Shown: positions 48,964 through 59,680, counted from the first letter of the stretch. The stretch is 64,000 nucleotides of DNA from a bacterium (GCA_016125005.1 WGMQ01000004.1:77249-141248), one strand, 5' to 3'. Made by a program: numbers and translations. The notes: a model not told the origin generated them from the letters alone.

Positions 48964-51900
48964 TTACCACTCAACAGGGGCTGTTGCTGCCTGGGGGCCG
49001 ATTCGCAGGCCGCGCTTCCAACGCTCCAGATTATCGGGGAAATCGGGTGATGTCGGCTCGCCGAAGGGAGCGTCCTTCCATGAAAAACTTTCGCATACAA
49101 ATAGTCGGGCGCGGCGCGTGGCGATAAGCGCCGATTGGCCGTCGGCGGAAAAGCCACCACCCACAAGCGCGTCGTTGGGATCCTCGAGACGGAAGACGGT
49201 CATGATCTCGCGCCCCGATTCGGCAAGCCAGAGCTTGGCGGACTGATCCATGGATACGGTGAGTATACGGCTTCCGTCGCGGCTGAAGCTGGCGCACATG
49301 ACGTTTAGTGCGTGACCCGTCAGCGTGGAGACCAACCGCCCGCTGTCGGAATCCCACACGCGGGCCGTTTCGTCGGACGAGGCACTGACGATGCGCTTCC
49401 CGTCGGGGGACCAGTTGACACCCACGACCGGTCGCTGGCGGTCGTGGGCTCTCTCCAGCAACCAGCGGGACTTGAGGTCGGAGGCGGTCACCAACTCGAT
49501 GATTCCCTTCTGCCAACCAAGCACCAGACGGGTGCCGTCGGGGCTGAAGGCGAGGCTCCAGAGGGCGCCGCGGGGGGTGGCAGGGGTGATGGAAGCGGTC
49601 AAATTCCAAGTATCGGTGGTGTAGAGTTGGAGGCTGCCATCGACCAGACCTAGTGCGACCATGCTGCCGTCGGGCGAGACGGCGGCATTGAAGACACGGG
49701 CCTCGGCCAAAGGGGTAGGCTGGCCGGCGGGCTTGAGGGCGGTGACATGGGGAGCAGACCTGTCAGGGTCGAATTCAAGTCGCCAAGTTCCGTCTGGTGC
49801 GTAGATCGAGTAATAGCCGTCGACCAAGTAGTGTTCCTGGCCGTGCGAGAGCAGGTGGCGGCCGCCGTCGGCCTGCCAGACCAGGTCGTGCTCGAGCCAA
49901 ATGCTGCTGCGATCGAAAGGATAGCTGACCGTGCGCAGGCGATCAGGAACGGTGTTCAGGTCGAAATCGGGAGGAGGAGTGATGATCTCGGCCGGGCCCA
50001 GGTTGCGAGAACCCCAGAGCCGAACTTCATTGTAGGAAGTGCTAACCAGGAGGGATCCGTCGGGAGAGTAGGCCAGCTTGTCCATTTGCTTGGGGCCTTG
50101 CTGGCTGGCGATGTGGCGACCGGTTTGACTGTCCCAAAGGTGCAGGACGCCGCTGGCCGTGGCGGTGGCGATGTTGATGCCGTCGGGCGAATAGACGGCG
50201 TGGCGAACAGCCTCCTGCGCGTCAGGGAGTTCAAACAGCATCGTGCCCGTTGCCACGTCAAAGACACGGGCCTTTTGGTCCGAGGCGGTGGTGACCAGGT
50301 GCCTTCCGTCGGGGCTGAAGCGGACTGAGTAGAGGGAGCCTTGATGCCCCTCGAAGCGACGGATCAGCGATCCGGTGGCCGAGTCAAGCAGCAGGCCGTC
50401 CCCAGCCCGCGACGTGACGGCGGCCACGAAGGAGCCATCGGGGGAGAAAACGGCATCGTAGGTGGGCTTATCGGGAGTGGTTCGCCATACGCGGCTCCCG
50501 TCGTCCACGTTCCAGCAGGTCACCGTATTGTCGGTTCCCGTAGTCACGAACCGTTTGCCGTCGGGCGAAAAACCGCCGCCGCGCATGGTGCGGAGCGACC
50601 CGATGGAGGGCGCCATCTCGACGGCGCGGACTGTTTCTCCTGTCCTGAAATCGACGAGGACGGCGCGACCATCAAAGGAGGTGACCAGAAGCAAGTCGCC
50701 CGTGGGATTGAACTCGATACACCAGGCAGCCTTCAGGCCCGTTTCAAGAACTCGCTCGAGGCGAAGCGTTTCGGTGTCCCAGATGCGCAGCCGGCCACCC
50801 AACCCACCGGTAACCAGCGCCTTGCCGTCGGGGCTCCAGGCGGAGTGGAACTGCGCCTCTCCCGCGGCGACGGTCCCGCGGAGGAGAACGGCGTCCTCCC
50901 GTGAGGTCTGGGCCAGCAGGTATCCCCATTCCCAGCCACGCAGCTGGAGGGGGATGCCGCGCTGGAGCATCTCCATGACCTTCTCAAAGCGTTGATCGCG
51001 GAGGTACGCGGCGGCGAAACCGATGCCGGAGTAATACTGCTCGATCTCGGCGCGTGCCCGGGACTCGCGGGCTTCCTTCTCGCTCTTGCGAGCGGCAGCT
51101 TCGCTGGTTTCTGCCTCCACGCGCCGACGCTCTGACTCCGTGCGCTGGTGGACAGCAACCAATCCGAAGACGGCACTGAGTATCGACAGAGCGACCACAC
51201 CCGCCAGGGCGGCTTTGCGCTGACGGTTGCGCAGGCTGCGGTGCCGTTCAGCCTGCTGCACCTGGCCGAGAAGGACTTCGCGACCGTCGGCGGCATCGAG
51301 CAACTCCGCTTCGACGCGGGCAAGCATCAGGTCGCCGTTCCGAAGAGCTGCCTGGGCGTAGGAGCGACGAATCCGGGCCCGGAGGGGGCCGACGGCGGGG
51401 TTTTTCATCCAGAGGGCCTGGGCTTTGGCAAGTCGACTGAGGAGCCCGGCGAACTGTTCATAGTCTGCGGACCGTCCCTCGATGGCGGCGGCCACCTGGT
51501 CGGTAATCGCGGTGCTCTCGGCGCGGGAACTGGCTCCCGCGAGGTAGGCACGAAGCCCGTCCACAAACTGCGCGGCGGTCAATCGCTGGCTGGGTTCCGC
51601 GACACCGATGGTCCCATCGATGAGCGCCCGGAGATCGGATGGGAGGGGCCGATCGCCGATGGCTTGCTCGATCGGGGTCGAGTGTCCGGCGGCGACTCGG
51701 GCAAAGACCTCCCGGGCATTCGTTCCCGTGTGGGGAGGAGCACCGGTAAGCAACATGTATAGACAGGAACCCAGCAGGTAGCAATCGGTCCAGGGACCCA
51801 ACCCACTGTTGGATCGGGATGCCTGCTCTGGGGCCATGAAGGCGGGGGTACCGGCGGGATTGGTCGCCCAGTCGATGGTCGCCGCCATGGGCGCGTCGGC

Positions 51901-52884
51901 CGGTCGCCATGCCAAGGGCAGCACCGAGGGATCGACGCTGACAGCCAATCCCCAATCCATGAGCAGCACCTCGCCGAAGTCGCCCACCATGACCTGCGAA
52001 GGTTTGATGTCGCGATGGACGATACCGCGGGAATGGGCGAAGCGGATGGCCTGGGCCACCTGGATCATGATGGGAATGTGTGCCGCCAGGAAATCCTCGG
52101 GGGAGAGCTTTCGAAAATCCTCGGTGATGAGGACATCCCAACCGGTGCCGATGGCGCGCTTCATGGCGATCACCGGTTTGCCCTGTGAATCTATCGCCAA
52201 GTCGTAGATTGGGATGATGTTGGGATGTTCGAGGAACGCCGCCGCATAGGCTTCCTGACGGAATGCCAGAAGCATCTCAAAGTCATCCCCCACCGAGCCT
52301 TGGGAGGTGCGGTCGTGCAGTCGCTTGATGGCGATCGTGCGGCCGAGGCTGACCTGCTCGGCCTCCCAGACGGTACCGAATCCTCCTTCTCCGATGATGC
52401 GAATCGGACGATAGAAGGCATCGGCGTTTTGCGCGGGCCCGCGGGAGAAGAAACCAGTGTCGGAGCTTGGCCGCGCCTGATCTGCACCGGGCTCCGTGTC
52501 GCGTGGGGCGTCGGGCTGCCGTGGCGCAGTCTCATACAGCGAGGCCGCCGGATCGGTGGGGGCACGGCGCGGGGCGAGCGTCACGGTCTCGGCATCGCGG
52601 AGGTCGTGGCGGGGGCGCTTCCCCTGCTCCTGCTGCTCCTTCTGGAGCTTCTTCTTTCTGACGAGTAGGGTCTGCTGGGCCCATTCCCGCTTCGCATCGT
52701 CCTCACTTCCGATCCCGGGGATCGAGGAGTCGAGCAGGCTTTGCAGTTTGTCCTTCACATAGTGATCACCGCGCTTCGCGGGACCAACGCCACGAATCGA
52801 CGCAAGCGGGTCAGAGGGAAGATCGCTCGGATACTCGAAGCTGATTTCCTTGGGCTTCTTGGATTCGGGGGAGGATTCGCTCAC
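48964..52884 (-). CDS. Ser/Thr kinase with hydrophobic helix and C-terminal WD40 repeats
   Basis: GEGGFGTVW, IAIK, HRDIKPSQ, DWG and GTPAFMAPE. RGWEWGYL followed by many SPDG...WD repeats. Confidence 0.92.
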   Translation of the reverse strand: MSESSPESKKPKEISFEYPSDLPSDPLASIRGVGPAKRGDHYVKDKLQSLLDSSIPGIGSEDDAKREWAQQTLLVRKKKLQKEQQEQGKRPRHDLRDAETVTLAPRRAPTDPAASLYETAPRQPDAPRDTEPGADQARPSSDTGFFSRGPAQNADAFYRPIRIIGEGGFGTVWEAEQVSLGRTIAIKRLHDRTSQGSVGDDFEMLLAFRQEAYAAAFLEHPNIIPIYDLAIDSQGKPVIAMKRAIGTGWDVLITEDFRKLSPEDFLAAHIPIMIQVAQAIRFAHSRGIVHRDIKPSQVMVGDFGEVLLMDWGLAVSVDPSVLPLAWRPADAPMAATIDWATNPAGTPAFMAPEQASRSNSGLGPWTDCYLLGSCLYMLLTGAPPHTGTNAREVFARVAAGHSTPIEQAIGDRPLPSDLRALIDGTIGVAEPSQRLTAAQFVDGLRAYLAGASSRAESTAITDQVAAAIEGRSADYEQFAGLLSRLAKAQALWMKNPAVGPLRARIRRSYAQAALRNGDLMLARVEAELLDAADGREVLLGQVQQAERHRSLRNRQRKAALAGVVALSILSAVFGLVAVHQRTESERRRVEAETSEAAARKSEKEARESRARAEIEQYYSGIGFAAAYLRDQRFEKVMEMLQRGIPLQLRGWEWGYLLAQTSREDAVLLRGTVAAGEAQFHSAWSPDGKALVTGGLGGRLRIWDTETLRLERVLETGLKAAWCIEFNPTGDLLLVTSFDGRAVLVDFRTGETVRAVEMAPSIGSLRTMRGGGFSPDGKRFVTTGTDNTVTCWNVDDGSRVWRTTPDKPTYDAVFSPDGSFVAAVTSRAGDGLLLDSATGSLIRRFEGHQGSLYSVRFSPDGRHLVTTASDQKARVFDVATGTMLFELPDAQEAVRHAVYSPDGINIATATASGVLHLWDSQTGRHIASQQGPKQMDKLAYSPDGSLLVSTSYNEVRLWGSRNLGPAEIITPPPDFDLNTVPDRLRTVSYPFDRSSIWLEHDLVWQADGGRHLLSHGQEHYLVDGYYSIYAPDGTWRLEFDPDRSAPHVTALKPAGQPTPLAEARVFNAAVSPDGSMVALGLVDGSLQLYTTDTWNLTASITPATPRGALWSLAFSPDGTRLVLGWQKGIIELVTASDLKSRWLLERAHDRQRPVVGVNWSPDGKRIVSASSDETARVWDSDSGRLVSTLTGHALNVMCASFSRDGSRILTVSMDQSAKLWLAESGREIMTVFRLEDPNDALVGGGFSADGQSALIATRRARLFVCESFSWKDAPFGEPTSPDFPDNLERWKRGLRIGPQAATAPVEW

Positions 52885-52994
52885 GAAACTCTCGCCATTG
52901 GGGTGACCGGCCGGTTCACCCTGATTGGCTTGGCCAGTGGTTGCAAGCGGGACCGTTTATTCCAAAGCATTCACTCGCAATATTGGTGTATTGC

Positions 52995-54239
52995 CTAGGC
53001 CAATACGCCGGGTAGTTGCCACTCCTTGTCGAGCACCAGCTTCGGGTCTGTGCCGAGCCAGCGCTGCAGAACCTCGGCGTAGACGGCCCGGAAATCCTGG
53101 GTGTGCTTGAGATCGCCTTCGTCGAGGTCGGTGAGGCTGGCGGCGGTCCCGTGGATGCCCGGCTTGATCCCGGCGCCCAGCATGAACATGGGGCCTGCGG
53201 TGCCGTGGTCGGTGCCGCGACTGGCGTTCTCTTCCACACGCCGCCCGAATTCGGAGAAACAGAGGATCTGAACTCGGTCCGCCACGCCGATGGCCTTCAG
53301 GTCGGCGTTGAATGCCGCGGCGGCTTCGGTGAATTGCCGGAGCAGGTTGGCGTGCTGGTTCAGTTGATTAGAGTGCGTGTCGAACCCGGACATGGACGTA
53401 TAGTAGATGCGGGTGGGGAGCCCGCCTGCGATCAGGGTGGCGACCGTGCGAAGCTGGGTGGAGAGGCGCGAGTTGGGGTACTCGACCGGCTTGCGGTTCG
53501 TCGCGGAGGCGCGAAGCACGCGGTCGGAGCTGGCCATGGCCGTGGCCGTCACATGACGAAGGAAGTCGATGGTGCGATGTTCGCCGTGATCTTCGGCCGT
53601 GTGATTCACCGCATTGAAGGCCTCACGCGTGGCGCGCCCCTGACCGGCCCAGCCGAAGTTCTTCGGCTCGTCGAAGCTCACGCCCATGCCGCGGGCGCTG
53701 GCGAAGGACTGGGGCATCTCCCGTCCGATGTTGACGCCCGCCAGCGGGTTGGGCGTCCCGGCGCAGGCGTTATCGAAGTAACGACCGATCCATCCCGTCT
53801 TGGAGTAACGATCGGCGTCGGTGCCCGTGTGCCAGATCTCCATCGAGCGGAAGTGGGAGCGGTTGGGGTTCGGATAGCCGACACCTTGGAGGATCGACAG
53901 CTCGCCCTTGTCGAAGAGATCCTTGAAGGCCGTCATGCCCCCGTTGAGCGCGACGTCGTCGCTCAGGCGGTGCATGTCCTTCTTCTCGACCGCGATGTTC
54001 TTTCGCAGGCGATAGTAGCTGTCGTCGCCGTGCGGGATGACGGCGTTGAGCCCGTCATTGCCGCCGCCGAGCTGGATCACCACCAGGATGCGGTCGTCCT
54101 TGAAGCCGGGTGTGATGCCCTTGGCCTGCTGGGCCATCACCGTCTCGGTGAGGAACGACGGCAGGGAAGCGGCGAGGCCCGCGACAGCCAGCGATTGAAG
54201 GAATCCGCGGCGCGAGAAGATCAGAGTATCGGGGAGCAT
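52995..54239 (-). CDS. DUF1501-domain protein (Tat signal)
   Basis: SRRGFL, LGGGNDGLN, GYPNPNRSHF, GFDTH, SEFGRR and GTDHG. Confidence 0.92.
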   Translation of the reverse strand: MLPDTLIFSRRGFLQSLAVAGLAASLPSFLTETVMAQQAKGITPGFKDDRILVVIQLGGGNDGLNAVIPHGDDSYYRLRKNIAVEKKDMHRLSDDVALNGGMTAFKDLFDKGELSILQGVGYPNPNRSHFRSMEIWHTGTDADRYSKTGWIGRYFDNACAGTPNPLAGVNIGREMPQSFASARGMGVSFDEPKNFGWAGQGRATREAFNAVNHTAEDHGEHRTIDFLRHVTATAMASSDRVLRASATNRKPVEYPNSRLSTQLRTVATLIAGGLPTRIYYTSMSGFDTHSNQLNQHANLLRQFTEAAAAFNADLKAIGVADRVQILCFSEFGRRVEENASRGTDHGTAGPMFMLGAGIKPGIHGTAASLTDLDEGDLKHTQDFRAVYAEVLQRWLGTDPKLVLDKEWQLPGVLA

Positions 54240-54267
54240 GATCGGTGTCCTCTTGATGGATGGCTGG

Positions 54268-55938
54268 TCAGCAGAGCTGGTACTCGGCCATGGAGAGCGC
54301 GAGCTGGATGAAGGCGGGGCCGTTGTTGCGGATCGTGGTCTCGGTGAGCGGCTCGTCGAGCGAGCGCTCCGCCAGCACGGAGGCCAGCGTGCGGTATTGC
54401 TGCTCGTCGAGCGTCCGACCGAACAGGCGCGTCGAAAGGCCGAGGACCGCTTCCTTTACGGGACGCCCCTGGAAGGGTTGGAAGAGCGGCTCAAGTTGAA
54501 CGAGGAGCTTCGACATGGCGGTGGAGGGCTTCTTGGGGGCCTTGGCGGCAGTCTTCTTTGCCGGGGAGGACTCGGCCCGTTTCTGACGGGCTTCTGCCAA
54601 GCGGCGTTGCAGGGCCTCGCGTCGCTCGGGGCCTGGCTTGCCCTGTTGCTGGAAGGCGGGTGCCATCATGGTGTCGCCGCCCGTCATCGAATCATCGCTC
54701 ATCATCCCGCCGTCGCCGACCATGGAGTCGAGACGCGCTTCCGGTTCGATATTGGGGCGCCGACCGAGTGCCAGATAGACGGGGATGTTGTAGCGGGCGA
54801 GGGCCGTGTTGGAGTTGATCCAGGCGCGGTTGCCGTCCCAGCCCTTGACGTTCGGCGGATAGAAGAGGTCCTGGCCCAGAGCGCGCATCGCCAGCGTGAG
54901 CAGGGAACCACGCGGCGTGTCGACACCGAGGTGATCCTGCAGCGAGACGATGTACTGAGCCGGGGACTTGACGAGGCCCTGCATGGCCCGGTCGGAGTAG
55001 AACTCCTTCGAGAGGAAGATGGTCCGAAGCAGCGGCTTGAGTTCGTAGTCCCCCTCGCGGAAGAGCGCCGCCACCTCATCGATCAGCGCGTCATCGGGGT
55101 TCTCGTAGACCAGATACTCCCAAAGCTTGCGCGAAATGAAGTGGGCCGTGGCGGGCTGCTCCATGATGATGTTGATGACGTCCGCCCCGTCGAACTTTCC
55201 GGTGCGTCCCAGGAAAGTCTTCTCGCCAAAGTCGTGGTCCTTCTCAACGAAGGTAAAGTTGCCGTTGCGATGGGTGTAACCGGTGAAGGCGCGGGCGGCT
55301 TCCTTGATGTCCTCTTCTGTGTAGTTGCCGATCCCCATCGTGAAGAGCTCCATGAGCTCGCGGGCCCAGTTCTCGTTGGGGTGCCCCTTCTTGTTTCGAT
55401 TGTTGTCTAGGTACTCGAGCATGGCCGGTGACTTGCCGACCTCGAAGACCAGGTCGCGAAAGTTGCCGGTGGCGGTGTCGCGAAAGACCTTGTTGAGCTG
55501 GTAGTTGAACTCGGGTTCCTTGACCTTCTCGGCGCTGACGGCAAAGTGTCCGTGCCAGAAGAGCGTCATCTTCTCCTGCAGCGGACGTGTGGTCTTGGCC
55601 ATGCGCTCCAGCCACCAGGTCTTCATCTTCTCCACGTCTTCGCGCTGCTTGCGCTGAAGCTCTCGAAAGGCCATCTGCCGTTCCTCGGCAGGGGCGTCCT
55701 TGAGCTCGCGGCGGCGGGCGGCGATCACTTCCCGGTCGGTGAACCAGTCGGGCTCGGTGAAGGGATCCGGGTAGCCTTCGTAGTCCACCATGAGGGCAAC
55801 AGCGGCACCGGCCCCCAGCGAGGAAAGCTTGTCGAGCGCCGAAACCGGCATGCCGAAACCGGCGCGATTGAGCAGATGTCTCGCCTGATCGCGGGTCCAC
55901 GGGGACTTGGGATCGATCAACTCCAGCCGACGTGCCAT
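54268..55938 (-). CDS. DUF1800-domain protein
   Basis: HLLNRAGFG, EKMTLFWHGHF, PNENWARELMELFTMG and PPNVKGW. Confidence 0.92.
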   Translation of the reverse strand: MARRLELIDPKSPWTRDQARHLLNRAGFGMPVSALDKLSSLGAGAAVALMVDYEGYPDPFTEPDWFTDREVIAARRRELKDAPAEERQMAFRELQRKQREDVEKMKTWWLERMAKTTRPLQEKMTLFWHGHFAVSAEKVKEPEFNYQLNKVFRDTATGNFRDLVFEVGKSPAMLEYLDNNRNKKGHPNENWARELMELFTMGIGNYTEEDIKEAARAFTGYTHRNGNFTFVEKDHDFGEKTFLGRTGKFDGADVINIIMEQPATAHFISRKLWEYLVYENPDDALIDEVAALFREGDYELKPLLRTIFLSKEFYSDRAMQGLVKSPAQYIVSLQDHLGVDTPRGSLLTLAMRALGQDLFYPPNVKGWDGNRAWINSNTALARYNIPVYLALGRRPNIEPEARLDSMVGDGGMMSDDSMTGGDTMMAPAFQQQGKPGPERREALQRRLAEARQKRAESSPAKKTAAKAPKKPSTAMSKLLVQLEPLFQPFQGRPVKEAVLGLSTRLFGRTLDEQQYRTLASVLAERSLDEPLTETTIRNNGPAFIQLALSMAEYQLC

Positions 55939-56113
55939 GGTGACTTCTCCTAGAGAACAGGATGCTGCCTCCCTACTTCCAGCAAAGTCAGCGCCGTCAC
56001 ACTGCCTACAGGAAAAACTCAAGTAAACCAGTATTTCAGAGACAAACGCGCGTTACCTGCGTCGGCGGGGGTGTACCATATGGTGCGGTTCCGAACGACA
56101 GGGTAAACAATCC

Positions 56114-56201
56114 GTGCGCAGGTGATTCTTGCGCCCTTTCGCGGGCGAGACGCCCGCGCTACCTTGGGGTGAACCATCGGTGCACAGGTGAGTCTTGCGC
56201 C
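56114..56201. repeat. GTAG-type REP palindrome between two ~22-nt direct repeats
   Basis: Minus-strand GGTAGcgcgggc-gtctc-gcccgcg (56140-56163), flanked by gtgcgcaggtgattcttgcgcc and gtgcacaggtgagtcttgcgcc. Confidence 0.65.
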
Positions 56202-56265
56202 GCACCCTGCGGGGGGCTTCATCTGAGGCGGAACCATCACCTCCCCCCCTCAATGCGATACCACC

Positions 56266-57756
56266 ATGTCGATGGACAAACTGAAGGAAGCCTACGGCGA
56301 GATCGCCGATCTGGTGAAAGCCGCCGCGGTCCTGGGCTGGGACCAGCAGACCTACATGCCACCGCGCGGCTTTGCCGCCCGTGGCCAGCAGCTCGCGACG
56401 CTGAGCGGCATCATCCACGAACGGATGACGGCGGACTCAATGGGTCGCCTGATCGCGGAGGCGAAGGCGGGCAAGCTTTCCGAGGACGACCGCCACTTCC
56501 TTCATGAGCTGGAGTTTCAGCGCGACCGGAGCGCGAAGCTGCCCGCCGCACTGGTGAAGGCCCTGGCCCTGCAGGAAAGCCGAAGCTTTGACGCCTGGCA
56601 GCGGGCCAAAGCCGCCAAGAACTTCAGCATCTTCGCGCCCGAGTTGAAGGAGATGGTACGCCTCCTCCGCGAGAAGGCGGCGTGCTTCGGCTATGAGGGG
56701 ACGCCCTGGGACGCGCTGGCCCAGGATTATGAGCGCGGCACGTCGGCGGAATTGGTTCGGGCGTTCTTCGAGCCGCTTCGCGTGGCCACCGTTGATCTGC
56801 TCAAACGCATCGAGGCGGCGAAGCAGGTCGACGCCTCCTTTCTTGAGCAGAAGTGGGACGTCAACATTCAGCGCGAGTTCGCGATGCGCGTGCTACGCGA
56901 CCTCGGCTACGACATGGCGCGCGGTCGCGTGGACCTGGCGCCGCATCCATTCTGCACGAGCTTTGGCCCCGGCGACGTGCGCATCACGACGCGCTTCTCG
57001 GCAGAGAACCTCTTCGACGGCCTCAGCAGCGTCATCCACGAGATGGGTCATGCGCTGTACGACATGGGCTTCCGCGAGGAGGACCATCGCACGCCGCTCG
57101 CCGAGGCACCGAGCCTCGGCATCCACGAGTCCCAGTCCCGCTTCTGGGAAATCCGCATCGCGCAGAGCCGACCGTTCTGGCAGCATTTCCTGCCGATCCT
57201 GAAGCAATACTTTCCGGGGCGTCTCGACGGCGTCGATGCGGAGCAGTTCTACCGCGCGGTCAACGTGGTGGAGCCGGGCTTCATCCGCGTCGAGTCGGAC
57301 GAGGTCAGCTATAACCTCCACATCATCATCCGCTTCGAGTTGGAGGTGAAGATCCTTTCCGGCGAGTTGGAGGTGGACGACATCCCCGAGGCGTGGAACC
57401 GGGCCTACAAGGAGAACCTCGGGCTGACCGTGCCGAACGATGCGGTCGGTTGCCTTCAGGACGTGCACTGGGCCTACGGATCCTTCGGCTACTTCCCGAG
57501 CTACACCTTCGGCAACATCTTCAGTGCGCTGCTGGTGGACAAGATGGAGAAGGATCTCCCCCACCTTTGGTCGGATGTGGCCGACGGCCGCGTGGCCGCG
57601 GCGTTGGCGTGGCTTCATCGGCACATTCACCAGGTTGGCGCGCGTCGCGCCCCGATGGACCTGATCCGCGAGGCGACCGGGCAAGGTCCCTCGGCGGAGT
57701 CGCTGATTAGACATCTTCGCGCCAAGTATGGCGATCTATACGGACTGACATCATGA
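56266..57756 (+). CDS. Carboxypeptidase M32 (Taq-type)
   Basis: LGWDQQTYMP, HPF, DVRITTR, HEMGH, HESQ, IRVESD, GCLQDVHW and GYFPSY. Confidence 0.95.
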   Translation: MSMDKLKEAYGEIADLVKAAAVLGWDQQTYMPPRGFAARGQQLATLSGIIHERMTADSMGRLIAEAKAGKLSEDDRHFLHELEFQRDRSAKLPAALVKALALQESRSFDAWQRAKAAKNFSIFAPELKEMVRLLREKAACFGYEGTPWDALAQDYERGTSAELVRAFFEPLRVATVDLLKRIEAAKQVDASFLEQKWDVNIQREFAMRVLRDLGYDMARGRVDLAPHPFCTSFGPGDVRITTRFSAENLFDGLSSVIHEMGHALYDMGFREEDHRTPLAEAPSLGIHESQSRFWEIRIAQSRPFWQHFLPILKQYFPGRLDGVDAEQFYRAVNVVEPGFIRVESDEVSYNLHIIIRFELEVKILSGELEVDDIPEAWNRAYKENLGLTVPNDAVGCLQDVHWAYGSFGYFPSYTFGNIFSALLVDKMEKDLPHLWSDVADGRVAAALAWLHRHIHQVGARRAPMDLIREATGQGPSAESLIRHLRAKYGDLYGLTS

Positions 57757-58622
57757 AGAGCATGACGGGATTTGGCAGCGGTCGCTCGGAGTCCGCGGCA
57801 GGGACGGTGACGGTGGAGCTGCGGAGCGTGAACAGCCGGTTCCTGGAAATCGGGCTGCGACTTCCCGGCGAATGGTCCGCGGAAGAGCCGCTCGTGCGCG
57901 GTGACCTGCAGAAGGCACTCCAGCGCGGCAAGGTCGCGATGCAGCTCCAGTTCACCCCCGCGCCCGGTGGCGGCCAGCAGGCGGTGATCAACGAAACCCT
58001 GCTGGCGCAGTTGGAATCGCTGGTGAAGTCGCGGGGACAGGAGCCGTCGATCCAAGGGCTCCTGACACTCCCCGGCGTGGTGGAGCTACGTCAGCCCGAG
58101 GGGCAGCAGGAGGCGCTACGCAACCAGTTGCGCGAGGCCCTTCGCGGAGCCATCCAAGGGCTGCTGGCAGAACGCGGCCGCGAGGGCGCGGTGTTGGCCG
58201 ACGCGCTGCGAGAGCTGCGCGCGAAGATGCGCGAGCATCTGGACTTCATCGAGCAGGCGCGGCACGCGGTCGTTGAGAAGTACCGGGACAAGCTGTTCCA
58301 GCGCATCGAGGAACTGGTGGGGCCGCGCGGCGTGACGCTGGATGCCGGTCGCCTGGAGCAGGAAGTGGCGCTCTTCGCGGACAAGGCGGACCTGTCCGAG
58401 GAAGTGACGCGCCTGGCCGCGCACCTCGACCACTTGGGGACGATCCTCGATAGCAAGGAAGACAACGGTGTCGGTCGCCAGCTCGAATTCCTGAATCAGG
58501 AAATCCTCCGCGAGATCAACACGATCGGCAGCAAGTGCCGCGATTTGGATATCGCGCGCCGGGTGCTGGACCTGAAGAACCTGGCGGAGAGCCTGCGCGA
58601 GCAGGTCGCGAACATCGAATGA
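57753..58622 (+). CDS. yicC: YicC/YloC-family endoribonuclease
   Basis: MKSMTGFG, SVNSRFL, DLSEEVTRL and QEILREINTIGSK. Confidence 0.95.
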   Translation: MKSMTGFGSGRSESAAGTVTVELRSVNSRFLEIGLRLPGEWSAEEPLVRGDLQKALQRGKVAMQLQFTPAPGGGQQAVINETLLAQLESLVKSRGQEPSIQGLLTLPGVVELRQPEGQQEALRNQLREALRGAIQGLLAERGREGAVLADALRELRAKMREHLDFIEQARHAVVEKYRDKLFQRIEELVGPRGVTLDAGRLEQEVALFADKADLSEEVTRLAAHLDHLGTILDSKEDNGVGRQLEFLNQEILREINTIGSKCRDLDIARRVLDLKNLAESLREQVANIE

Positions 58623-58819
58623 GCGACCTGCTGTACATCGTGTCGCTGCTGGCGATGATATGGGCGGTGAGCGACGTGTTACGGCTAATGCCCGCGGGCG
58701 TGGCGAGGAACCTGTGGCTCTTCGCCGTCATCGTGGTCCCGATCCTGGGGCCGCTCTACTGGTACTACATCCAGCATATCGAGGTGAAGCGGCGGCGCGT
58801 GGAGCGGGAACGGCGCTGA
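58619..58819 (+). CDS. Small membrane protein (PLD nuclease N-terminal-like)
   Basis: ATGA overlap with yicC. Two hydrophobic segments including W...IVVPILGPLYW. Confidence 0.75.
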   Translation: MSDLLYIVSLLAMIWAVSDVLRLMPAGVARNLWLFAVIVVPILGPLYWYYIQHIEVKRRRVERERR

Positions 58820-58823
58820 TCAA

Positions 58824-59312
58824 TCAGTCGCCCTTGTTGATCAGTTCGCCCTCGCGCTTGTCCATTTCCTCAATCTCGTGCAGCAGGTCCCGACGCTGTT
58901 CGGGCGTGAGCACCTTCACGGCGCTGCTGAGGTGTCCCAGCATGGGCTCGATCATGCGACGGGGAATGTCACCGTCCTCATCGAGCAGGCGGCGGCGCCC
59001 CTCCAGATCTTCGGGGGATTCGATCACGAAACGCAGGAGGCGGAGCCGACGGGCGCGCATCTCGTTGAGGGTGGGAATCGCGTCCTTGCGAGCCTGCGCG
59101 AAGATGACCTCGATTTCCTTTTCTTGTTCGCCGTTGAGATCGATCAGGTCAGCCAGCATGGAGGCTTCCGGGGGAAAGGGGGGGCCGCCGACAAAAGGGT
59201 CGCGATGCCCCCAGAGGGACAGGCCGCATGGTCCGAGGGCCATTCCGGTAATCAGGGCCACGTTCAGGCCGATGGAAAGCCAGAGGATGATCTCGCGCAG
59301 GGCGGGTTTCAT
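58824..59312 (-). CDS. Periplasmic heavy-metal sensor / Spy-CpxP-like protein
   Basis: LSIGLNVALI anchor, LNGEQ and LTPEQR motifs. Confidence 0.8.
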   Translation of the reverse strand: MKPALREIILWLSIGLNVALITGMALGPCGLSLWGHRDPFVGGPPFPPEASMLADLIDLNGEQEKEIEVIFAQARKDAIPTLNEMRARRLRLLRFVIESPEDLEGRRRLLDEDGDIPRRMIEPMLGHLSSAVKVLTPEQRRDLLHEIEEMDKREGELINKGD

Positions 59313-59680
59313 GGGTCCTTCGCCTCCTGGGCCGCGAGCTGGGCGGCAAAGCTTTCGACCGGATCGATGGTGAAGCTGGTTAGGGAATCAATGAGGGCCA
59401 CGCGCTCGCTGGCGGAGGTCGTTGCCGCTTGTTGATCGGTGGTGCTGGAATTGACGACCAACATGAAGGCAAGTCCCAGGACCAGCCCGAGCGCCGCGCC
59501 TCCGCTGCGCATGAGCCAGAGGACAACGGGCGAGGACGGGAGAACGTCGGTGCGTCCCTCTTGAGGAGTGACGGCCGCGGCGGCAATGACGCGGGCGGCG
59601 AAATGCGACGCCTCGGGCGCCGGATCCATGGCCGCGAATCCCCGACGAATCAGCTCATCTTCTTTCGCGTCGGGCTTCAT
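59309..59680 (-). CDS. Putative anti-sigma factor
   Basis: P..S.HFAARVIA followed by a TM helix. Coupled by ATGA overlaps to the ECF sigma and sensor genes. Confidence 0.7.
   Translation of the reverse strand: MKPDAKEDELIRRGFAAMDPAPEASHFAARVIAAAAVTPQEGRTDVLPSSPVVLWLMRSGGAALGLVLGLAFMLVVNSSTTDQQAATTSASERVALIDSLTSFTIDPVESFAAQLAAQEAKDP

Noticed and set aside
52995-55938. DUF1800-DUF1501 pair as a new system
   Set aside because: A widespread, already recognised gene pair with nothing atypical here.
56114-56201. Possible mini-CRISPR (two ~22-nt direct repeats)
   Set aside because: Only two imperfect copies, the spacer is itself a REP palindrome, and there are no cas genes.
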